Positions 18,448-24,496 of a DNA stretch of 32,538 nt are shown here, piece by piece. The notes beneath the pieces are model-generated. The model saw only the letters and a program-made list of their open reading frames with translations. It was not told the origin of the DNA and did no database searches. This stretch comes from a virus (lineage: Duplodnaviria; Caudoviricetes). A program made the translations under genes and the position numbers. How positions within the stretch are numbered: position 1 is the first letter of the stretch; every line of letters begins with the position of its first letter. The stretch lies in the IMG/VR virus record IMGVR_UViG_3300025267_000065, positions 1-32,538 of that record; one strand, given 5' to 3'.

Positions 18448-18671
18448 AATGGGTCTTCTCCGGGTTTGATTACTGGTCTCTTTTTCAAACGATATGCAAA
18501 GGCATCCTTACATTTTTCTAATGCTAGGTACTGTTGCCACCAATGAGTCATATCATCCCATGATAAATTATATGTAAACTCAGGCTTATCTATATCTTCA
18601 CCCAAAGATATTTTAATGCCTTCGTCTAAATCTTCGATATTAATGTGATCTAAGTGTATTTTTGGAGTCAT
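18444..18671 (-). CDS. Hypothetical protein
   Basis: 75 aa, packed into the operon. Confidence 0.6.
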   Translation of the reverse strand: MTPKIHLDHINIEDLDEGIKISLGEDIDKPEFTYNLSWDDMTHWWQQYLALEKCKDAFAYRLKKRPVIKPGEDPF

Positions 18672-19002
18672 TTATTCTCTCGTCAAAGTTGTTAATTTCA
18701 AACACCATACCAGATACTTGATGAATAAATCTAGTTACTGATGCTGTAATAACTTGTAATTCCTTTAAAGTAACACCATTATCCATATCACAAGCCGGGT
18801 CTATCCTTATCTCCCACTCTTGTGGGTCACTTAAACAACAACAAATTACTAGTACAGATACCTCATCTATCTCACCGAGACTTACACCATTACTGTCAGG
18901 AATATTTATCTTTAACTGAAACGATGCGATGTTAGTATCTCCGGCTTCAACTGTAACAAATGGTTCTACTTCAATCCGTTCCGCCATAATTTTCAATCTC
19001 AA
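18640..19002 (-). CDS. Hypothetical protein (start may be ATG 18987)
   Basis: 120 aa, packed into the operon. Confidence 0.6.
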   Translation of the reverse strand: MRLKIMAERIEVEPFVTVEAGDTNIASFQLKINIPDSNGVSLGEIDEVSVLVICCCLSDPQEWEIRIDPACDMDNGVTLKELQVITASVTRFIHQVSGMVFEINNFDERINDSKNTLRSH

Positions 19003-19273
19003 ATCCTTGTTCAGTTAGAATATTGCAATACGTAGATTTCAAAGCCTCTTCTTGCTCCCTAAGTTCATTAGATAGATTTTGACATATCTGATTTGAAAGT
19101 GTAGGCCATTTATAGGCTAATAAACTTATAAAATCAAACAACTCAGTAGAGTTCATTCTAGCAACAGCCTCTATTAATAACTCATTCATCTCTTTTGCTG
19201 TCACTTTAAACTCCGATGGATAACCCTGACAACGAATACCTAGTTTATCATCATACTCTACAATAGTAAACAT
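18971..19273 (-). CDS. Hypothetical protein
   Basis: Strong TAAGGAG SD. Confidence 0.7.
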   Translation of the reverse strand: MFTIVEYDDKLGIRCQGYPSEFKVTAKEMNELLIEAVARMNSTELFDFISLLAYKWPTLSNQICQNLSNELREQEEALKSTYCNILTEQGFEIENYGGTD

Positions 19274-19282
19274 ATATTCTCC

Positions 19283-19474
19283 TTAAAGCCATTTACTTAC
19301 TTTATCAGGAACTCTCTCCAGTGTAGTATTTAATACACTACGTGGATGTTTAACCCAATACCTGTACTGTGGACAATCATAACGTCCTTCAGCACAGATG
19401 TCAACAAATTTACACGCTTGACAAGGAGCATCAGAAGTAGTATAATCATATCCGTCTTTTCGAGTTGTCGGCAT
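19283..19474 (-). CDS. Small Cys-rich protein
   Basis: PCQAC...C.....C..Y..WV; AAGGA upstream. Confidence 0.6.
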   Translation of the reverse strand: MPTTRKDGYDYTTSDAPCQACKFVDICAEGRYDCPQYRYWVKHPRSVLNTTLERVPDKVSKWL

Positions 19475-19505
19475 TTACTTTTTAATCCTTAAAGTTATTC
19501 AAATA

Positions 19506-19518
19506 TATCAAATACTTA
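19506..19518 (+). promoter_or_regulatory. IHF consensus site TATCAAATACTTA
   Basis: Exact match to WATCAANNNNTTR, intergenic, upstream of the 19474 operon; same orientation as the 16585 site. Confidence 0.5.
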
Positions 19519-19661
19519 CACCCTAAAAGCCACATAAACATATTTACCTTTTAGCCCTTAAAGCCATGTACTTTTATTTGGTACAGATAAAGAAACCAAC
19601 TTAACAGCAACCCCGCTCCGCTCACTACAAAGAAACAGAACTTGTCAACAGGGATGATGAG

Positions 19662-19743
19662 TAAGCAGTTTTTATTCATGCTTAGGAATTCCGAGAGATC
19701 CACGATCTTGTCGGAGTGAGCAGTTTCAACACTTGCTCAGGTG
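19662..19743 (-). ncRNA. Candidate structured RNA: pseudoknot-hairpin-pseudoknot downstream of the 228-aa early gene
   Basis: Two copies of P1-C-P2-N-P1'-..AAAC-P2' with compensatory changes in both stems, flanking a hairpin. Confidence 0.65.
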
Positions 19744-19752
19744 ATCGGAGGA

Positions 19753-20439
19753 TTAGTCCAGAGACTGGAGCATTCTCAGATCCGAGAGTGCTTGTTCTTT
19801 TCGCTTCGGTTTGCCAGTCAGCACTCCATTTCGTGCGAACGTTTTGGCAGATTCAAAAGATAATTCAACCCACTCAGGATAATCGTCTGGCCTTTCCATT
19901 GCACCAGAACTTGACTCGATCATCTGGTTGAACAATTTGCATGCTTCATCCATGTTACGACTGACGTAATCCCCGTAACCAGACCGACTCTCTACCAGAG
20001 CAGATCGGATCTCATCAGATGTGAACTCGACACCGACCGTCTGATATTTCTGCTTTTCCAACTCGATCTCGCGATCTGTAGGCTCTCGACCGGATCTGCC
20101 GATTCTTCGAGTGCAGATCACTTGGGCGGGAAAGATCGTCTGGCCTTCGTGAACCAACTCACGTATCAGATCCATACATTTTTCAGCCTCGGTCTGCGGA
20201 TCTGCGTATTGGTCAGGATCTCTCTCGATCCCTGCGTTTTGGAAGAATCCCGCTGAAACTTTAGCCGCTTCAGCAAATGCTTCCGCTTCTGAGTTATCAG
20301 CGAGATGTCCGCCGCTCCGAGAGTTTGCGACCTTGAGCAGATTGCTCGTTGCTTCATTCACAGCCCAGTACATCAGGTTGTGGGCGATAAGTAAGTGTAC
20401 TCCGGTACCGCTTTGTACTGCTGTTTGATACTTGTCCAT
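19753..20439 (-). CDS. Early hypothetical protein (228 aa), GATC-rich and more GC-rich than its neighbours
   Basis: GGAG SD and its own promoter; predicted helical; no family recognised. Confidence 0.8.
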   Translation of the reverse strand: MDKYQTAVQSGTGVHLLIAHNLMYWAVNEATSNLLKVANSRSGGHLADNSEAEAFAEAAKVSAGFFQNAGIERDPDQYADPQTEAEKCMDLIRELVHEGQTIFPAQVICTRRIGRSGREPTDREIELEKQKYQTVGVEFTSDEIRSALVESRSGYGDYVSRNMDEACKLFNQMIESSSGAMERPDDYPEWVELSFESAKTFARNGVLTGKPKRKEQALSDLRMLQSLD

Positions 20440-20466
20440 ATTTATCTCTCCGGTTATTGAGATTGC

Positions 20467-20500
20467 ATCTTATCATGTTTCACGTGGAACGAACGGGCAA
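20467..20500 (-). promoter_or_regulatory. Candidate sigma70 promoter for the 228-aa gene
   Basis: TTGCCC(20500-20495)-N17-CATGAT(20477-20472), or extended -10 TGnTAAGAT (20475-20467). Confidence 0.5.
20476..20491. promoter_or_regulatory. parS: parS-like palindrome TGTTTCACGTGGAACG
   Basis: Minus strand CGTTCCACGTGAAACA matches the chromosomal consensus TGTTNCACGTGAAACA at 15/16; intergenic. Confidence 0.75.
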
Positions 20501-20585
20501 GAACATGACACTATTATGGTAATATCATGCAAAAAAATTTAACAGCATAATGTTCTCGCTACGCTCGATCTCTTTTTACAACAGA

Positions 20586-20738
20586 CTACACAAACATCAA
20601 CATATATACAACACAACCAACAAAACTAATACCAATACATACACAACACGTAATAAAATCTACCTTCTGATTTATTGATACTTCCTTTACTCTTCCCTCT
20701 ACTTCATCATAATAATAAGTTTCTTTATTCCGTTTCAT
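20586..20738 (-). CDS. 50-aa C-terminally anchored membrane protein MKRNKETYYYDEVEGRVKEVSINQKVDFITCCVCIGISFVGCVVYMLMFV (not in ORF track)
   Basis: AAGGAG SD 7 nt before the ATG; hydrophobic C-terminal helix. Confidence 0.65.
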   Translation of the reverse strand: MKRNKETYYYDEVEGRVKEVSINQKVDFITCCVCIGISFVGCVVYMLMFV

Positions 20739-21109
20739 TTCTTTTCTCCTTTCTTTAACAGCATTATTACTGTCATTTCACTTCCAACACGCTAATTTCG
20801 ACTGTCAAATGCGAACCGTTGTACCGTGAGTTGAGCGTCCGAGCGTATGTTTAGCGAGTGTGTTAGCGAGTATTTTTCATTTGATATTCTAAATTCGCGT
20901 GGTACCATGGAAATGCACAGTAAGAAATACTTTATTCCTACTGCTATATCTATAATAGAGTAATACAGAAGAGAATACATAATAGATTTGTATTCTATTA
21001 TGATTCCTGAACAAGACGGTTGTAATGATATCTACCACACGCACACACACGTGATGGCTAGGCTTCAAGGGAGTCAAGAGATACCCCACTATACGGTGGC
21101 AGGGGTGTT

Positions 21110-21308
21110 GTTGTTTGGTTTGTGTTATCTTCTTGCCCTTGTAGGAGGTCAGATAGAAAACCTTTTTGGGGTTCCTCGGCTACAACAAATGCCTCGGGCG
21201 GGCTGTCGTGAATCAAGCCATGCATACAAACGCAAGTCTTGACCCTTCGGGCTTCCATCCCTAACCCAACAACTGCAAACGGTACGGCCAACACAAACCT
21301 CAAACAAC
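21110..21308. other. Structured non-coding element closed by a 17-bp inverted repeat
   Basis: GTTGTTTGGTTTGTGTT (21110-21126) pairs with AACACAAACC-tc-AAACAAC (21290-21308); several internal hairpins. Confidence 0.5.
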
Positions 21309-21311
21309 TAT

Positions 21312-21348
21312 AAGGAGGTCGCTACGCTCCACTCCTTTTTCTCTTTTT
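21312..21348 (+). terminator. Possible intrinsic terminator
   Basis: AAGGAG...CTCCTT stem with an irregular interior, followed by TTTCTCTTTTT. Confidence 0.35.
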
Positions 21349-21551
21349 CCCCTCCGGTGATGCCTACGGCACCCCCTTCGGGAAAAAAGTTTTCTATATA
21401 TATTGTCCCCACTCACTAGAGGGAAATATATCAAACATTAACATTCACTAATATAGAGTTAATCTTCTGTCCTCTTGAGAGTAGTAGGGGTACTAGGGGT
21501 ATACTCTAAAAAGCCCGTGACGGGCAATACAGGACGTCTGAGGGCATATAA

Positions 21552-21725
21552 ATGGCTAAGAGCAAGATATACATCAAACCCAGTAAACGTGGGTCGCTTC
21601 GTAAGGCTCTTGGTGTAACGAGGGGTAAAACCATACCTAAGAGATTGTTGAAGAAGAAACCAAGCGATTCTCCGGCTATGGCTAAGAAAAAGAACTTTGC
21701 ACGTAACGCGAGGAAATGGGGCTAA
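21552..21725 (+). CDS. 57-aa highly basic protein MAKSKIYIKPSKRGSLRKALGV...NFARNARKWG (not in ORF track)
   Basis: GAGGG SD; IK...G.LRKALGV..G..IP and ..FA.NA.KW pattern of small phage proteins; TAATG coupling. Confidence 0.8.
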   Translation: MAKSKIYIKPSKRGSLRKALGVTRGKTIPKRLLKKKPSDSPAMAKKKNFARNARKWG

Positions 21726-21895
21726 TGGACGACATGGACAAAGTAATCAGGCGGTTAGAGACTGGCAGTCTGAGGGGTAGGAAACGGAAAAAATGGAAGA
21801 ACCGCAGTAGGGTTATAGACCATCCAACAAAGTCTGAGGGCGATGCTCAGATGGAGTACGAGTGGAGTCAGATAAAGATGGGGCTTCCTCCCTGA
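21725..21895 (+). CDS. 56-aa hypothetical protein MDDMDKVIRRLETGSLRGRKRKKWKNRSR... (not in ORF track)
   Basis: TAATG and TGATG coupling at both ends. Confidence 0.65.
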   Translation: MDDMDKVIRRLETGSLRGRKRKKWKNRSRVIDHPTKSEGDAQMEYEWSQIKMGLPP

Positions 21896-22368
21896 TGAGT
21901 CTATTCTCTGTCAGGCAGGACACAAGATTACCGGACCTAGTATTAGAGAAGGTCAGACGCAGACTACGTGTGGACGATGTGAGCAAGTTGAACACCTTGG
22001 CTATGCAGATCGCTGGCATGGAGAGTGACTACGGGAAGAACCTGAAGAACCCAGAATCCTCTGCAAAAGGAATATGGCAGTTCACTGATGCTTCCTATAA
22101 GACCGCAAAGAACAGGCTGAAGAACGTAATTGGCTTCATTCCTGAGAGGATATCCAAGCAGGAGGATATCAGAAAGTTATCCGAAACAGACCAGAGGGCT
22201 TTATTCTTTGCCCATCTGTCTGAGGATAAAATGAGTGATGGTAAAATATATGACTATCTGGAGGGCAAGGTTGGCCCTGAGAAGTTATACGAGTTCCACC
22301 ATTACAAGGGTAAACCAACTAAAGAAACCAAAAAACGGATGAAGGAGAGATTCAGAAATCCGTACTAG
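21895..22368 (+). CDS. Lytic transglycosylase (SLT/lysozyme-like), endolysin candidate
   Basis: Catalytic IA.MES motif then N..SSAKGIWQF; start re-called to the coupled ATG at 21895. Confidence 0.8.
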   Translation: MSLFSVRQDTRLPDLVLEKVRRRLRVDDVSKLNTLAMQIAGMESDYGKNLKNPESSAKGIWQFTDASYKTAKNRLKNVIGFIPERISKQEDIRKLSETDQRALFFAHLSEDKMSDGKIYDYLEGKVGPEKLYEFHHYKGKPTKETKKRMKERFRNPY

Positions 22369-22377
22369 GAGAACACT

Positions 22378-22692
22378 ATGGTAGCACCAGCAAGACGACC
22401 ACGAAAACCCGGACTGGGCAATATAACGGGTAAGAGAAAACCCGGAGGTGGTATTGGGACAGGTAGGGGCGGTGGTAGAAATAAGCAATTACCTGTTGGC
22501 CCCGGTAAACCCGGAAGACCGCCTAGAAAACCCGGTGGACCCGGTGGTATCTCAACGGGACGACCCGGTAGGGGTGGTAGTCTGGGTGGCGTACAACGTG
22601 ACCCCCAAAGACCTACAAGACCCGGAAGAGGTGGAATTTCTGCCGGGAGAGGTAAGGTAGCCAAACCTCGTAGACGAAGGACGATGTACTAA
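22378..22692 (+). CDS. Arg/Gly/Pro-rich basic disordered protein
   Basis: AGGAG SD; repeated (R/K)PG(R/G) units; a single acidic residue. Confidence 0.7.
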   Translation: MVAPARRPRKPGLGNITGKRKPGGGIGTGRGGGRNKQLPVGPGKPGRPPRKPGGPGGISTGRPGRGGSLGGVQRDPQRPTRPGRGGISAGRGKVAKPRRRRTMY

Positions 22693-22695
22693 CCG

Positions 22696-23061
22696 ATGAG
22701 CGAGAAAGCGGTAAGATTCATAGAGCATTACTGTCTAACTGGTAATGCAACTAAATCAGCCATAATTGCGGGTTACTCCGAGAGAACTGCCAAGCAAAAA
22801 GGGTACGAATTAAAAAAGACGTACTCAGGCGAGATCGAGGAGAAGACCCGTAAGATGGTGCAGGATATGGTTCCTGTATCCCTGAATATGCTAAATCAAC
22901 TGATTACTACCGCTGAATCAGAATCTGTACGCCTGTCTGCTGTAAAGGATGTTCTTGACAGGGCTGGTATGAAACCTGTAGATAGGGTAGAAACCACTAA
23001 TATAGAACAAACTTCCACCGCAGACCTAGAAAAGGAACTACAAAATCTCCTCAAGCACTGA
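22696..23061 (+). CDS. terS: Terminase small subunit
   Basis: F...Y....NATKSAI.AGYS..TA...G.EL HTH; VRL.A.KD.LDRAG.K; directly upstream of TerL. Confidence 0.9.
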   Translation: MSEKAVRFIEHYCLTGNATKSAIIAGYSERTAKQKGYELKKTYSGEIEEKTRKMVQDMVPVSLNMLNQLITTAESESVRLSAVKDVLDRAGMKPVDRVETTNIEQTSTADLEKELQNLLKH

Positions 23062-24496
23062 ACGGAAGATTGAAATACTGCGGGAAATACGGCGTAGAGA
23101 AAGATTTAGTAAGATAGATTACTACGATCCTTACCCGTACCAGCAGAAGTTTCACGCTACAGGGGCTGATTCTAACCAACGCCTTCTAATGGCTGCTAAC
23201 AGAATAGGTAAATCCTACTGTGGTGCCGCAGAAATGTCTTTTCACCTGACTGGGTTGTACCCAGAGTGGTGGGAGGGCAGACGATTCAAACATCCTATTG
23301 TTGGCTGGGCAGGTGGAGTCTCTAATGAGACTACCAGAGATATTGTACAAGCAGAATTACTGGGTTCTCCCGATGACCCGGAGGCATTCGGTTCCGGTTC
23401 TATACCGAAAAAATATATAAAAAAAACCGAACGTAAGCCGGGTGTACCAAACGCCAAAAGCGTAGCACTTATAAAACACGTGTCCGGGTTGAACTCATCT
23501 TTATTCTTTAAGGCATATGAGATGGGTGTCGAAAAATGGCAAGGCAGGTCAGTCGATTGCGTGTGGCTAGACGAGGAGCCAAGCAGGGATATCTACTCTC
23601 AGAGTGTAACAAGAACCCTAGATCGGAAAGGAATGGTCTACATGACCTTCACTCCAGAAGCAGGAATGACGGAGACTGTTGCATCCTTTATAAACCGGAT
23701 ACAACCCGGTCAGGCTTTAGTGAATGCGACATGGGATGACGCATCTGAGAAGATAAAGTCAATGAAAGGGGCTGATGGGCATCTTTCTGAAATGGTAATG
23801 GAACAGATACTGTCAGCATACTCCCCACATGAAAGGGAAATGCGTAGGTACGGTAGACCTTCTATCGGTTCGGGACTTATCTTCCCTGTACCGGAAGAGA
23901 AACTGATGGTTGATCCTGTTCCAATAGAGGATCATTGGCCTAGAATAGCAGCAATAGACTTTGGCTGGGATCATCCAACAGCCGTTGTATGGTGTGCTGT
24001 AGACAGAGATACCGATACTTTCTATGTATATGATTGCTATCGTGCATCCAAGGCAGCACCATCCATACACGCAACACAGATTATGTCGAGGCCGAATTTT
24101 ATTCCCGTAGCCTACCCGCATGACGGCAATCGCAGGGATAGTATGGGAAATCCGGGCTTGGCAGACCAGTACAGGTTAATGGGGTGTAATGTGTTGCTAG
24201 AACACTTTACAAACCCACCTGCTCTAGGTGAAAAGAAAGGCTCTAATTCTGTAGAGGAAGGAATTATGGCTATGCTGCAAGCAATGGAAGATGGCAGGTT
24301 TAAGGTGTTCAGTACGTTAAATGATTGGTTTGAAGAGTTCAGGATGTATCACAGGAAAGACGGGAAGGTTATTCCTATTCGGGATGACCTCATGAGTGCG
24401 AGTCGCTATGCTTTCCAATCTCAAAGGTTCGCTGTATCTGGTAAAGACCCAACGTGGACTAAAGATATAACTTATAGGAATTATGGCATTGTCTGA
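23045..24496 (+). CDS. terL: Terminase large subunit, P22 gp2-like (start unresolved; frame open from 23030, first ATG at 23189)
   Basis: PYPYQ..FH Q-motif, AANRIGKS Walker A, VWLDEEP Walker B, TFTP coupling motif, IDFGWDHP and DDLMSA nuclease motifs. Confidence 0.95.
   Translation: MSSSTERKIEILREIRRRERFSKIDYYDPYPYQQKFHATGADSNQRLLMAANRIGKSYCGAAEMSFHLTGLYPEWWEGRRFKHPIVGWAGGVSNETTRDIVQAELLGSPDDPEAFGSGSIPKKYIKKTERKPGVPNAKSVALIKHVSGLNSSLFFKAYEMGVEKWQGRSVDCVWLDEEPSRDIYSQSVTRTLDRKGMVYMTFTPEAGMTETVASFINRIQPGQALVNATWDDASEKIKSMKGADGHLSEMVMEQILSAYSPHEREMRRYGRPSIGSGLIFPVPEEKLMVDPVPIEDHWPRIAAIDFGWDHPTAVVWCAVDRDTDTFYVYDCYRASKAAPSIHATQIMSRPNFIPVAYPHDGNRRDSMGNPGLADQYRLMGCNVLLEHFTNPPALGEKKGSNSVEEGIMAMLQAMEDGRFKVFSTLNDWFEEFRMYHRKDGKVIPIRDDLMSASRYAFQSQRFAVSGKDPTWTKDITYRNYGIV

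Noticed and set aside
19281-19566. Three CCT(T/A)AAGCCA copies (about 19281, 19522, 19556)
   Set aside because: Short, AT-rich and irregularly spaced; no function can be supported, and it is not a CRISPR array.
19620-19650. Perfect TTGACA on the minus strand (another near 20815)
   Set aside because: No acceptable -10 at 16-18 bp, so not called as promoters.
20575-20790. CA-rich then CT-rich tract resembling a telomere-like or simple repeat
   Set aside because: No periodic unit; largely explained by the 50-aa minus-strand ORF and its SD.
20792-21303. Four short ORFs in the control region (20792-20980, 20889-21089, 20988-21242, 21058-21303)
   Set aside because: Mutually overlapping, lacking convincing SDs or protein-like motifs; the region reads better as non-coding.
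21485-21501. TAGGGGTA tandem repeat and nearby GCCCG-TGA-CGGGC hairpin as a late promoter or pac site
   Set aside because: Plausible position, but no second copy before other late genes to support the call.
22365-22664. Pro/Gly-rich antisense ORF
   Set aside because: Mirror of the CCCGG repeats of the + strand gene, which has the SD.
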